Counted from the stretch's first letter, positions 32,453 through 43,008 are shown. The stretch is 64,000 nucleotides of DNA from an uncultured Gemmatimonadaceae bacterium (GCA_963822945.1 CAWGJO010000020.1:288001-352000); one strand, 5' to 3'. The notes: a model not told the origin generated them from the letters alone. Numbers and translations are program-made.

Positions 32453-33471
32453 TGCGCGCCCTGGTCACCGGGGCCACCGGCATGGTGGGTCACCACATCG
32501 CCGAGCGATTGCTTGCCGATGGCTGCCGGGTGCGCGCCATGGTGCGCGATCCCGAAGGCGCCGGCGCCCGTGAACTCTCCGATCTCGGACTCGAGTTGGC
32601 TCGGGGCGACGTGCTCGATCAGCCCACGTTCGTGGCGGCGGCCCGCGACTGCGACGTGGTCTTCCACGCCGCCGCGGAGATCATGACCCGCGGGTGGGAG
32701 TCGTACCGCGCAGTGAACGTGGATGGAACGCGCAACGCCATCTCGGCCGCCGCCGCAAACGGCGCGCGGCTACTGCAGGTGAGCAGTGTCGCCGTGTACG
32801 GGTCGGCCACGCGATACCTGGGAGAGCGTCAGGGCACGAAGACGAGCGAGGATCTGCCGCTCCTGCCACTGCACGAGCGATCGTACTACGCGCGGAGCAA
32901 GCGCGAGTCCGAAGCGTTGGTGATGGCCGCCCATGCGTCGGGACGCATCTGGGCCACGGCGGTGCGGCCCGACGTGATCTACGGGCGGTACGACCGACAG
33001 TTCGTGCCGCGAATCGCGCGGCTGCTCCGCTTCGGCATCGTGCCGCTGGTCGGGGGTGGAGGATCGACGCTGGCCGTGGTCCACGCCGCGGCCGTGGCCG
33101 ACGGCGCGGTGCTGGCGGCGACCTCCGACGTCGCCGCCGGGCGTGCCTACAATCTGGCCAACGATTTCGACGTCACCGTGCGCGAGTTCTTCACGTACGG
33201 AGCACGCGGGCTGGGGGTCACCCCGCACTTCATCTCCATGCCGGCCCCGATGGCGCACGGCGGACTTCGCGCAGCCAAGCGACTCGTGCGCGTACTGTCG
33301 TTCGGGCGGGCGCGCCTGGGCGGCGGCACGGCCGTGGACTTCGTGTCCCGCGACAATCCGTTCACTTCAGAGCGTGCTCGTGCCGAATTGGGATGGACAC
33401 CGACGGTCCCTCCCGATGCCGGCGTGGCCGACGCGTTCGCCTGGGCGGCTGCGCGCCGTGCTCGTGCGTGA
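32452..33471 (+). CDS. NAD-dependent epimerase/dehydratase (extended SDR)
   Basis: LVTGATGMVG, HAAA, VSSVAVYG, YARSK. Confidence 0.9.
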   Translation: MRALVTGATGMVGHHIAERLLADGCRVRAMVRDPEGAGARELSDLGLELARGDVLDQPTFVAAARDCDVVFHAAAEIMTRGWESYRAVNVDGTRNAISAAAANGARLLQVSSVAVYGSATRYLGERQGTKTSEDLPLLPLHERSYYARSKRESEALVMAAHASGRIWATAVRPDVIYGRYDRQFVPRIARLLRFGIVPLVGGGGSTLAVVHAAAVADGAVLAATSDVAAGRAYNLANDFDVTVREFFTYGARGLGVTPHFISMPAPMAHGGLRAAKRLVRVLSFGRARLGGGTAVDFVSRDNPFTSERARAELGWTPTVPPDAGVADAFAWAAARRARA

Positions 33472-33473
33472 AT

Positions 33474-33510
33474 GCGAACGGGCGCGACCCGTAAGGTCGC
33501 GCCCGTTCGC
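33474..33510. terminator. Perfect 16-bp hairpin between convergent genes (probable bidirectional terminator)
   Basis: GCGAACGGGCGCGACC-CGTAA-GGTCGCGCCCGTTCGC. Confidence 0.7.
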
Positions 33511-33533
33511 GTGATCGGCATCAAGAAGAGCGA

Positions 33534-33743
33534 TTACGGCTTCTTCTTCGTGTCCATCGCCTTCATCGACGTGTCCTTATTCGTCGAATCCATCTTCATG
33601 CCGGTGTCCGCCTTCATCGCCGAGCTGTCGCTCATGGCGGGAGCCGCCTGCTTCATCGCGGCGCCGGTATCGGCGGCGGGCTTCGCCTGCGACGAGCAGG
33701 CAGCAACCGCGAACATCGCGGCAATCAGGGCCAAGCGCTTCAT
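33534..33743 (-). CDS. Small Met/Lys/Asp-rich lipoprotein (MXKDX-repeat-like)
   Basis: MKRLALIAAMFAVAAC lipobox, AGGAG RBS, low-complexity Met-rich mature part. Confidence 0.8.
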   Translation of the reverse strand: MKRLALIAAMFAVAACSSQAKPAADTGAAMKQAAPAMSDSSAMKADTGMKMDSTNKDTSMKAMDTKKKP

Positions 33744-33831
33744 TAGCAATCTCCTGGGATAGCTGGGGTGAACGAGAGGCGCGCAGCACCGTTGCACGCA
33801 ACGGAAAGGTGCTCGTGCTCTTGCGGCATTC

Positions 33832-33859
33832 AACATATGGAACCGGTTGGGCCTGTCAA
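33832..33859 (-). promoter_or_regulatory. Sigma-70-type promoter TTGACA-N16-TATGTT for the Met-rich lipoprotein
   Basis: Perfect -35 on the minus strand; palindrome AACCGGTT in the spacer. Confidence 0.5.
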
Positions 33860-34119
33860 TAGATGGTGCTGGCGCTCAAGTGACTACCCCACAACGGGTT
33901 CGTTGATCGCAGCAGCCGGGCGTATGACATTGAATATGGGCCGCGTCCGGCAGCCACCGTGCGCTGCCTCGGCAGCAAACCCCCATGCGCACAACGCGTT
34001 ACCAACATTAAGAAACCTTCGCAGACGTCGAGCGCCGTCGGGATGCGGAGCCGGCGTTGCCCGCCGGCCGCCGCCCCCTAGCTTTGAATTCCACCACCTG
34101 CCGCCACTCCGCCCATCCG

Positions 34120-36232
34120 ATGGCTGCCTCTCTGCCCCGAAGCCAGATCATGGAACTCCAGCAGCACGGGATCGTGCGGGGCGCATGCCCGCACGATTGC
34201 CCCGACACCTGCGCAATGCTGGTGACCGTGGAGCAGGGCCGCGCGACGCGCGTGGCCGGCGACCCGGAGCATCCCTTCACCAACGGCTTTCTGTGTGCCA
34301 AGGTGAACCGCTACGTGGAGCGCACGTACCACCGGGATCGCGTGCTCCGGCCGCTCCGACGCGTGGGAACCAAAGGAAGCGGGAAGTTCGAACCGGTGAC
34401 GTGGGACGACGCGCTCGACGCGATCGCGGGCCGGCTGAGCGCGATCGCCCGTTCGTCCGACGGCCCGCAGGCGATTCTCCCGTACTCGTACGCCGGCACG
34501 ATGGGCATGCTCCAGGGATCGTCCATGGACCGCCGGTTCTTCCACCTGCTGGGGGCATCGAAGCTCGACCGTACGATCTGTTCGATGGCCGGCACCATGG
34601 GCATGCGGATGACGATCGGGGCCAACATCGGTGCCGATGCGGAGGGGATTCCCGAGAGCGACCTCGTGCTGCTGTGGGGCACGAACACGCTCACCTCCAA
34701 TCCGCACCTCTGGCCGTTCGTAGCCCGGGCCCGCGAACGCGGAGCACGCGTGATCGCCATCGACCCGATCCGGACGCGGACCGCCGCCCAGTGCGATGAA
34801 TGGATCGGGATCCGGCCCGGCACGGACGCCGCGCTCGCGCTCGGTATGTTGCACGTGATCTTTGCCCGCGGACTCGACGACGCGGACTATCTCAAGCGGC
34901 ACACGCTGGGCGAAGCCGCGCTGCGCGAGCGCGCGGCCGAGTACGCGCCGTCACGCGTGGCCGAGATTACGGGCCTCGACGCCGCGACCATCGAGCGGCT
35001 CGCCGAGACGTTCGGGCGCGCACGCGCGGCGTTCATCCGCGTGAACTACGGCCTCCAGCGCCATGCCGGAGGCGGCATGGCGGTGCGCACCATTGCGTGC
35101 CTCCCGGCCGTGACCGGCCACTGGCGCCGGGCCGGCGGTGGCGTTCAACTGTCGACGAGCGCGAACTTCCAGTTCGATAAGCGGGCGCTCGAGCGCCCCG
35201 ACCTCTCGCCGCCGGTGCGCACCGTCAACATGATCCGGCTGGGGGAGGCCCTGACACAGCCCGACGCCGGCGTCGGCGGCCCGCCCGTACGCGCGTTGGT
35301 GGTCTACAACTCGAATCCGGCATCGGTGGCGCCCGACCGCAACGCCGTGTTGCGCGGACTGGCACGCGAGGACCTGTTCACGGTGGTGCTCGAACACTTC
35401 CAGACCGACACCGCCGACTGGGCCGACTACATCCTGCCGGCCACGACGCAGTTGGAGCACTGGGACGTCCACCTGGCATACGGGCATCACTACGTGACGC
35501 TCAATCGGCCGTCCATCGCGCCGCTGGGCGAGGCGCTGCCGAACACCGAGATCTTCCGCCGGCTGGCCGGCCGCATGGGCATGACCCACGACTCACTGCG
35601 CGACGACGACCTCACGCTCATCGCCCAGGCCCTGGCCTCGCAGAGCGAGAAGCTGCACGGCGTCGACGTTCGAGCGGCTGCTCGAGCGGGGTTGGATGCG
35701 ACTCAACGTGCCGACGCCGTACCTGCCCTTTGCGGACGGCGGCTTTCCGACGCCGAGCGGCAAGTGCGAGTTCTTCTCCGCGCGCATGCAGGAAATGGGG
35801 CTTGATCCGCTGCCGACGTACACGCCCCCATACGAAAGCCCCGAGCGGGCGCCCGATCTGTCGGCGCGCTACCCGCTGGTGCTCATCTCGTCGCCGGCGC
35901 ACCAGTTCCTGAATTCGACGTTCGTGAACGTGGACACCCTGCGCCGCGGCGCGCGCGAGCCCGAATGCGTGCTGCATCCGGTGGACGCGCAGCGCCGCGG
36001 CATCGCGGCGGGTATGCGCGTGATCCTGCACAACGACCGTGGATCCTTCACCGCCACGGCCCGCGTGGAGGATTCCATCCGCGAGGGCGTGGTGTGGGCC
36101 CCGTCGATCTGGTGGGGCAAACTCACGGCCGACGGTGCAAACGCCAATCAGACCACTTCACAGCGGGAGACGGACATGGGGCACGGCCCCGTGTTCTACG
36201 ACAACCGGATCGAGGTTTACGCGGCCGACTGA
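34120..36232 (+). CDS. Molybdopterin oxidoreductase (DMSO reductase superfamily), frameshift near 35668
   Basis: CPHDCPDTC...C Fe-S motif, [14 protein letters not shown]-terminal FLNSTF molybdopterin-binding domain in the second frame. Confidence 0.9.
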
Positions 36233-36293
36233 TCCGCCCCTTGCGCCACCCGCCGATGCTTTGCTGATTCCGAACAACACACCGGAGTCGCCC

Positions 36294-37763
36294 GTGACGA
36301 AACTTCCCGAGACCCTCGGCGCCCTCAAGCGCTCGCCATACGGCGTCCCCGACCGTGCCCTGCGTTCGGTCAAGGACGAGATGCGCGAGAACCTCCTGGC
36401 CCGCCTCTGCACCGACGGCCCATTGTTCGAAGGGGTGCTCGGCTACGAAGACACCGTGATGCCGCAGATCGTGAACGCGATCCTCTCGCGGCACAACTTC
36501 ATTCTCCTGGGCCTGCGCGGCCAGGCCAAGTCGCGCATCCTGCGCGCCCTCACCACCCTGCTCGACGACGCGATGCCGATCGTGGCCGGGAGCGAGGTGA
36601 ACGACAATCCGTTCGCGCCCATCTCCAAGCACGCGCGGATGCTGATCACCGAAGCCGGCGACGACACGCCGATCGCCTGGGTCGGTCGCGAGAACCGGTA
36701 CGTCGAGAAGCTGGCCACGCCCGACGTGACGATCGCCGACCTGATCGGCGATCTCGATCCGATCAAGGCGGCGCGCGGCGGGCACCTGCTCTCGGACGAA
36801 CTCACGATTCACTACGGCATGCTGCCGCGCGCCAACCGCGGCATTTTCGCGCTCAACGAACTCCCGGACCTCGCGGGCAAGGTGCAGGTCGGTCTGTTCA
36901 ACGTCATGCAGGAAGGGGACGTGCAGATCAAGGGCTATCCGGTGCGGCTGTCGCTGGACGTGCAGCTCTGCTTCACGGCCAATCCGGAGGACTACACGGC
37001 GCGCGGCAAGATCATCACGCCGCTCAAGGACCGGATCGGCAGCGAGATCCTCACGCACTATCCGGAAACCGTGGAGCTCGGGGTGGAGATCACGCGCCAG
37101 GAGGCCTGGACCAAGCGTGGCCACCGCCCGGTGCGCATTCCCGACTTCGTCGCCGAGCTGGTGGAGCGGGTCGCCTTCGAGGCCCGCGCCGACCGGCGCG
37201 TGGACAAGCGATCGGGCGTGTCGCAGCGCATGCCGATCACGGTGCTCGAGAACGTCGTGTCCAACGCCGAGCGACGGGCGGTGAGCACGGGCGAGGAGGA
37301 GATCGTACCGCGCGTGTCGGACGTGTACGCGGCCCTGCCCGCCATCACCGGCAAGCTCGAACTCGAATACGAGGGCGAGCTGGTGGGCGGCGCCACGATC
37401 GCGCGCGAACTCATCCGCAAGGCGGCCGACGAGACGTTCGAGGAGCGGGCCGGCGGCGCCAACGTGGACGAGATCGTGATGTGGTTCGACGAGGGCGGGG
37501 CGTTGCAGGTGGCGGACGACGCGAAGGCGGACGTCGTCCTGCAGGGGTTCGACGTGGTCCCCGATCTGGTGAACATCGTGCACCACACCGGGCTCTCCCC
37601 CGACGACGATCCCGCGCAGGCGGTCGCCGGGTGCGAGCTGGTGCTCGAAGCGTTGGTGGCCCGCCGCCGGATTTCGCGCAGCGACGGCGGCCGGTACACG
37701 CGCGCCGTGACGGAGCAGCGCCGCCGGCCCAATCAGGACTTCTTCGGCGGCGGACTCGGCTAG
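36294..37763 (+). CDS. Magnesium-chelatase-like AAA+ ATPase
   Basis: GLRGQAKS Walker A variant, EKLATPD, NELPDL, ANPEDYT.RG.IITPLKDR. Confidence 0.88.
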   Translation: MTKLPETLGALKRSPYGVPDRALRSVKDEMRENLLARLCTDGPLFEGVLGYEDTVMPQIVNAILSRHNFILLGLRGQAKSRILRALTTLLDDAMPIVAGSEVNDNPFAPISKHARMLITEAGDDTPIAWVGRENRYVEKLATPDVTIADLIGDLDPIKAARGGHLLSDELTIHYGMLPRANRGIFALNELPDLAGKVQVGLFNVMQEGDVQIKGYPVRLSLDVQLCFTANPEDYTARGKIITPLKDRIGSEILTHYPETVELGVEITRQEAWTKRGHRPVRIPDFVAELVERVAFEARADRRVDKRSGVSQRMPITVLENVVSNAERRAVSTGEEEIVPRVSDVYAALPAITGKLELEYEGELVGGATIARELIRKAADETFEERAGGANVDEIVMWFDEGGALQVADDAKADVVLQGFDVVPDLVNIVHHTGLSPDDDPAQAVAGCELVLEALVARRRISRSDGGRYTRAVTEQRRRPNQDFFGGGLG

Positions 37764-37772
37764 GCGCCTCCG

Positions 37773-38276
37773 ATGACCACCACCAGGGCCGAACACGGCG
37801 TGGAGGTCCACGTGCGCCACGCGCTCGCCGACGATCTCGACACCGTCGTTTCGCTCCGTCTCGCCCTGGTTCGCGAGTACGAAGGCCACGCCGTGTACGG
37901 CCAACTCCACCCGAAGGCGGAGTCCCGCGCCCCACGGCTGTGCGAGGAGCAGCTGGCCTCGTCGCGCGACGCGTTCTTTCTCGCCGAGTGCGACGGCGCG
38001 GTGGTCGGACTCCTCCGCTGCACCGAGTCACACGCATCGCCGCTGCTGCTGCCCGAGCGATTCGCGTACGTCTCGTCAGCGTACGTGGTGCCGGCCTGGC
38101 GCCGGCGCGGCGTGCTGCGCGCCCTGCTCGCCCGCGCGGAGCGCTGGTGCGCCGCCCGCGGACTCACCGAGATGCGCCTGCACAACGTGCCGGGAGGCGT
38201 GGCCGCCGCCGCGTGGGCGGCGCTGGACTTCGCGATGGTCGAGGAAGTGCGCACCCGCAGGCTGCCGGCGCGGTAG
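37773..38276 (+). CDS. GNAT family N-acetyltransferase
   Basis: YVVPAWRRRGVLRAL acetyl-CoA motif A. Confidence 0.85.
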   Translation: MTTTRAEHGVEVHVRHALADDLDTVVSLRLALVREYEGHAVYGQLHPKAESRAPRLCEEQLASSRDAFFLAECDGAVVGLLRCTESHASPLLLPERFAYVSSAYVVPAWRRRGVLRALLARAERWCAARGLTEMRLHNVPGGVAAAAWAALDFAMVEEVRTRRLPAR

Positions 38277-38279
38277 CCC

Positions 38280-38900
38280 ATGGCCATCGTCACCATCTCG
38301 CGAATGTACGGCTCGGGCGGGTCGCTGGTGGCCCGCCGCGTGGCCGACGCGCTCGGCTGGGACCTGCTCGACAACGGCGTCGTGGATGCCGTGGCGGAGC
38401 GGCTCGGCCTCTCGGTCGCCGAGGTCTCCGCCCATGAGGAGCGGGTGCCGTCGCTGGTGGAGCGCCTGGCGTCGGCATTGACGCTCAGCGTTCCCGAAAT
38501 GCTTCCCGTGGTCGACACGACTCTGGCGCCCACCGAGGAGCGGATCGTGGCGGTGACGCGTGCCGTCATCGAGGAAGCGGTGCAGACGGGGCATGCCGTG
38601 CTCGTCGGCCGCGGCGCCCAGTGCGTGCTGGCCAACCGCCCCGACGCGTTGCACGTGTTCTGCTACGCGCCGCGGCGCGCGCTCGCGGCGTTCGTGATGA
38701 GCGAGCGCGGCGTGTCGAACGAAGAGGCGCTGCGCGTCGTGGACACCATGAACCACCAGCGCGAACAGTACGTCAAGCAGCACTGGCACCGGGAATGGCG
38801 CGCCGAGGAGAACTACGATCTGTGCGTCAACACGGGGACGCTGGGAATCGAGGGCGCGGCGCGCATGGTGATCGCGTTGGCGCGCGATCGCTTCGAGTAG
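38280..38900 (+). CDS. Cytidylate kinase-like family protein
   Basis: VTISRMYGSGG, VLVGRGAQ, YDLCVNT. Confidence 0.88.
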   Translation: MAIVTISRMYGSGGSLVARRVADALGWDLLDNGVVDAVAERLGLSVAEVSAHEERVPSLVERLASALTLSVPEMLPVVDTTLAPTEERIVAVTRAVIEEAVQTGHAVLVGRGAQCVLANRPDALHVFCYAPRRALAAFVMSERGVSNEEALRVVDTMNHQREQYVKQHWHREWRAEENYDLCVNTGTLGIEGAARMVIALARDRFE

Positions 38901-38919
38901 ACCGGCCCGCCTGCGCCGC

Positions 38920-40030
38920 TCACGCCGACGGCGCCGCGTTCTCCCCGAGCCGCTGCCAGCCGTCGCTCCACGTCATCGGGTACGAGCAGGTCGTCCGAGA
39001 TCGCGGCGATCTCTTCCGCCTCCTTCCACGCCGCTTCCAGCATCGCGAGTTCGCCCTCGAGCGCGCGGCGCTCGACGTCCTCGTGCGCCGACATCTCGAG
39101 CGCGAGGGAGATCGCGGTCGGCAGTGCGCTGAACGGGACCCCGCCATTGGGGGTGATGACCGTGGGCGACCCGTGCTCGCGCGCCTGGCGGGCGAACAGG
39201 TCGCCAGGATCGGGGTGCCGGGTCAGCACCTCCACCGCATCGCGCACGACCGCGCGGCGCGCGCCCTTCTCGTTGACGGCGGGCAGGACCTTTCTCGCGG
39301 CGGCGAGCGCGGCGTCGCCGGTGAGTTCCATCTCGATCATCCCGTCGGAATTGCGAATGCCGGGCTTCCACTCGCGGGGTGAACGGACCGGGATGAGCGC
39401 CTCGAGAATGGCGGGGCGGTCGCTGACGGCGAGCCGCATCGACCACCCGTCCGGTCCCGCAGGCACCAGCCGGATCCAGGGCATGTGGCGCCGCCGGAGT
39501 GGAAACTGCTCGCCCGTTTCGGGATCGGCGACCCGGGCCCGGATCCGGCGGCCATTGTGGACGTGACGCGCGAAGTTGAGCCCGTCGAGTGCCAACATCG
39601 GTGCGACACCGCCGAGCAGTCCCGCCATCGGTCCCGCCGCCACGTATGCGGCGATGAAGACGGCCGACGCACCGATGCGCACGACCTTGCGCCTGCGGCG
39701 TCGCCCGAACTGATCGCCGTAACGCCACGCCGCCATCTCGGGCCGCTGCGCCGCGCCGATGCGCACCAGTTCGAGTCCCTCACGTACCCGGGCCAACCCG
39801 ATGTTGTCGGTGGAGGCGCGAAGCCGCGTGTCCCGGTACAGGCGTTCGCACTCCTCGATCGCCTCCCACCGCTCCTCGAGCGGCGTGAGGTTCCAGCGCT
39901 CGCAGTGCCGGCAGATCACCCAGAGCCGCCCCTTATCGGCATCGAACGCGAGGCGGCGACCGACCGGAAAGCGCTCGATGACTTCGTTGGCCCCGAGGCC
40001 CTGATTGCAGAACAGGCAGGTGGAGTACAC
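38920..40030 (-). CDS. Hypothetical Zn-ribbon membrane protein, paralogue A (probable indel near 38958; ORF track extends it to 38813)
   Basis: CLFC...CRHC, central hydrophobic segment; termini nearly identical to 40034-41140. Confidence 0.8.
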
Positions 40031-40033
40031 GAC

Positions 40034-41140
40034 TCAGATTTTCCGCTTGAGACGGGCGAACCAGGTCTCCACTTCGGCCGGGAGCAGCAGGTTGTCGGAG
40101 ATGTGGGCGATCTCGTCGGCTTCCTTCCACGCCGCCTCGAGCATGGCCAGCTCGCCCTCGAGGGCGCGGCGCTCGGCGTCCTCGTGGGCGGACATCTCGA
40201 GCGCCAGCCGGATGGGCTTGGGGATCTGCTTGATGATGCGCCCCTTTTCGGTGAGCGAGGCGGGCGTGAGCAGGCCGCTGCGCGTCTGAGTGGCGAAGAA
40301 GCGCCCGGGATCGGCGTCCTCCTCGATCAGTTTCACGGCGCGCTGCACGTCGTCCTTCGCAGCACCACTGGCGTTGATCTTGGGCAGGATCTTCCCGGCG
40401 ATCCGGACCGCCTCGTCGCCGACGAACACGGCACTCGTGCGCCGCCCCCGCTTCCCGTGGCGGACGATGCGCGGCGGCGGCGGATCGCCCGGCCGGCCCG
40501 GCGTGCTCGGCAGTTTGAATCGCTTGGGAGCGATGGGCACGCGGAGCGCCCACCCCAGTTCGTTGTCATCGCGGATCAGGTTGACCTTGACCACGTGCTC
40601 CGCGTCGAGCACATACGGCTTGTCCATCCACGGCATCGGCAGCTTCACGCGACCGAACGCGCGTCGGTACAGCTGCGCGAACAGCTGCGGCGTCTGGCCC
40701 AGGAACCCCGCACCCCCGATCGCGTACAGGCCAAGCGCGGGGCCGACGATGTAGACGCCCGCAACCGCTGCCGCCCCGACACCCGCATAGGTATAGTAGC
40801 GGCGGCGCCGGCGCCCGAACTGATCGCCATAGCGCCACGCCGCCATCTCGGGGCGATGCGGGCGCCCGATGCGCACCAGTTCCAGCCCTTCGCTCACGCG
40901 CGCGAGTCCGATGTTGTCGGTGGACGCACGGAGCTTGGTGTCGCGGTACTGCCGTTCGCATTCCTCGATCGCTTCCCAGCGCTCGTCGAGCGGGCTCAGG
41001 TTCCAGCGCTCGCACTTTCGGCACACGACCCACAGCCTGCCCTTCTCGGAGTCGAACGCAAGCCGCCGTCCGATCGGAAAGTGCTCGATGACCTCATTGG
41101 TGCCGAGGTTGGAGTTGCAGAAGATGCAGGTCGAATACAT
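40034..41140 (-). CDS. Hypothetical Zn-ribbon membrane protein, paralogue B
   Basis: CIFC...CRKC, hydrophobic segment after the RRRRR stretch; tandem paralogue of A. Confidence 0.85.
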   Translation of the reverse strand: MYSTCIFCNSNLGTNEVIEHFPIGRRLAFDSEKGRLWVVCRKCERWNLSPLDERWEAIEECERQYRDTKLRASTDNIGLARVSEGLELVRIGRPHRPEMAAWRYGDQFGRRRRRYYTYAGVGAAAVAGVYIVGPALGLYAIGGAGFLGQTPQLFAQLYRRAFGRVKLPMPWMDKPYVLDAEHVVKVNLIRDDNELGWALRVPIAPKRFKLPSTPGRPGDPPPPRIVRHGKRGRRTSAVFVGDEAVRIAGKILPKINASGAAKDDVQRAVKLIEEDADPGRFFATQTRSGLLTPASLTEKGRIIKQIPKPIRLALEMSAHEDAERRALEGELAMLEAAWKEADEIAHISDNLLLPAEVETWFARLKRKI

Positions 41141-41206
41141 GTGGGACGGCGTTGGAGGAGCACCGACGGCCGGCGAGTGGAGGGTCCTCAGCGGCCAGTC
41201 TACAGT

Positions 41207-42424
41207 CTACAGCGCTCGCATCTGGGGCGTCTGGCGGAAGGCCCACACACAATACGCGAAAATCATCGCCGCGGTGCCAGAGATGGCCCACTGATCGCCG
41301 AGATGCTCGGCGAGCACCCCGGCAATGAGCGCGCCCACGGCCTGGGAGAGGCCGACGACGATGAACGAATAGGCTGCCATGAGCCGCCCGCGCAGGTGAT
41401 CGGGCACGATCGACTGCAGGATCCCGTTGGCCAGCGCCCCACTCACGATCATCGCGAATCCGACGGCGAGCAGAGCCGGGTACGCCATGGCCGGTGTGTA
41501 GACGAGCCCGAACAGCACGAGGAGGAGCGCATAGGCGCGCACGCCGCCCTCCCAGAGGCGGCCGCGCGGCCAGTTGGCGCCCGCGGCGGCCAGCCACAGG
41601 GCGCCGCCGAGCCCGCCGATGCCGACACAGGCGAGGAGGAGCCCGTACCCGCCGGCGCCCATGTTCAGCCGGTCGCGCGCCACCACCGGCATGAGCACCA
41701 GATACGGCACACCGAGAATCGAGTACACGGCCACGACCTTGAGCATCGCGGCCACCGCCTTCGTGTCGCGCAGGTACCGGACGCCTTCGATGGCGCCGGC
41801 GAGCGGGGAGGCAACGACAGCCGTCGGGTGCCATTTCGGAAGCCGTATCATGTACAAGCCGACGAGCACCGCCACGTAGCTCAGCGCGTTCAGGCCGAAG
41901 CACCAGGCGATGCCCAACTGCGCGATGGCGGCGGCGCCGACGGCCGGTCCGACGATGCGGGCCAGGTTGAAGCCGCTCGAGTTGAGCGCGATGGCGTCAC
42001 GCAGGTCGTCGCGGCCGACGAGTTCGACGATCAGCGACTGGCGCGCTGGAATCTCGACGGCGTTGATGGCGCCGTTCGCGAACGCGAGTCCGACCAGCCA
42101 CCAGATGGTGGCGGCCCCCGACCAGGTGATGTACCAGAGCGCCACGGCCTGCACGAGAAACAGGATCTGGCCGAGCTTCACCAGGCGGAGCTTGTCGCCG
42201 CGGTCGACGAACACACCGGTGAACAGCGAGAACCCGACGATGGGCCAGGAGGATGCGGAGGCGACGAGGCCGACGAGGAAGGGGCTGTTCGTGAGTTGCA
42301 GCGCCAACCAGCCCAGCGCCATCGTCTGCATCCAGGTGCCGATGAGCGAGAGCGTCTGACCGAACCAGAACAGCCGGAAGTTCCGGTGCTTGACCAGGGC
42401 GCGGAACGGGTTCGCCGTCGGCAT
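41207..42424 (-). CDS. MFS transporter (DHA3/MFS_3-like)
   Basis: NFRLFWFGQ.LS.IGTWMQ, PARQS, AIALNS..FN.ARIVGPA; about 12 TM. Confidence 0.92.
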   Translation of the reverse strand: MPTANPFRALVKHRNFRLFWFGQTLSLIGTWMQTMALGWLALQLTNSPFLVGLVASASSWPIVGFSLFTGVFVDRGDKLRLVKLGQILFLVQAVALWYITWSGAATIWWLVGLAFANGAINAVEIPARQSLIVELVGRDDLRDAIALNSSGFNLARIVGPAVGAAAIAQLGIAWCFGLNALSYVAVLVGLYMIRLPKWHPTAVVASPLAGAIEGVRYLRDTKAVAAMLKVVAVYSILGVPYLVLMPVVARDRLNMGAGGYGLLLACVGIGGLGGALWLAAAGANWPRGRLWEGGVRAYALLLVLFGLVYTPAMAYPALLAVGFAMIVSGALANGILQSIVPDHLRGRLMAAYSFIVVGLSQAVGALIAGVLAEHLGDQWAISGTAAMIFAYCVWAFRQTPQMRAL

Positions 42425-42489
42425 GCCACCAATATACCGGAGACCGGTGGCCGCGTTGTGGCGTCGGAAGCGCCATCCGGCGCCATGGA

Positions 42490-42516
42490 GCCGCAGATCT
42501 CGCAGACCACGCAGAC
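42490..42516 (+). repeat. Left inverted repeat (3 x 9-mer, core CGCAGA) flanking the GxxExxY gene
   Basis: GCCGCAGAT CTCGCAGAC CACGCAGAC. Confidence 0.8.
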
Positions 42517-42535
42517 GGAGTAGCAGTCGACACGA

Positions 42536-42981
42536 CTACGGTCGAAGTGGCCGCGCCTGCTTCAGCCGGTTCGTCAGGACCAGGCGCTCGAATTGCGGCT
42601 TGGGACCGAAGTTCAACAACAGCCCCCGCTCGATCGTGGTTGCCTTCAAATAGTTGATCACCTGGGCGCGATGCGCCGGGCCGAGGCTCTCCACCGCCTT
42701 CACCTCGACGATGACCTGATCGTCCACAATCAGATCGGCACGGAATTTCCCAACCACCCGCCCACGGAATTTGACGGGCAATACCACCTCTGCGCGGACG
42801 GTCGCACCGGCGTCCGCGAGAGCCGCCATGAGGGCCCGGCGGTAGACGCTCTCGAGAAACCCCCAGCCGAGTTCCCGGTACACACCAAAGAAGGCGCCGA
42901 TCACCCGGTAGGTAATCGGATCCCTCGTCTGATCGCTTTCGGCCTGAGGCAACGCGGCTCCTGGGTGATCGGCTGTGCCAT
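42536..42981 (-). CDS. GxxExxY protein (PD-(D/E)xK nuclease-like); start uncertain
   Basis: LGWGFLESVY motif, RADLIVDDQVIVEVKA, QVINYLKAT...GLLLNFG. Confidence 0.9.
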
Positions 42982-43008
42982 TTCTGTGTGCTCTGCGTGT
43001 TCTGCGGC
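42982..43008 (-). repeat. Right inverted repeat (3 x 9-mer) flanking the GxxExxY gene
   Basis: Minus strand reads GCCGCAGAA CACGCAGAG CACACAGAA; 22/27 identical to the left arm. Confidence 0.8.

Noticed and set aside
38813..38920. 88-nt convergent overlap between paralogue A and the cytidylate kinase-like gene
   Set aside because: Removing one base near 38958 gives a natural end (RLQRLGENAAPSA*) at 38920 with no overlap; likely an indel error.
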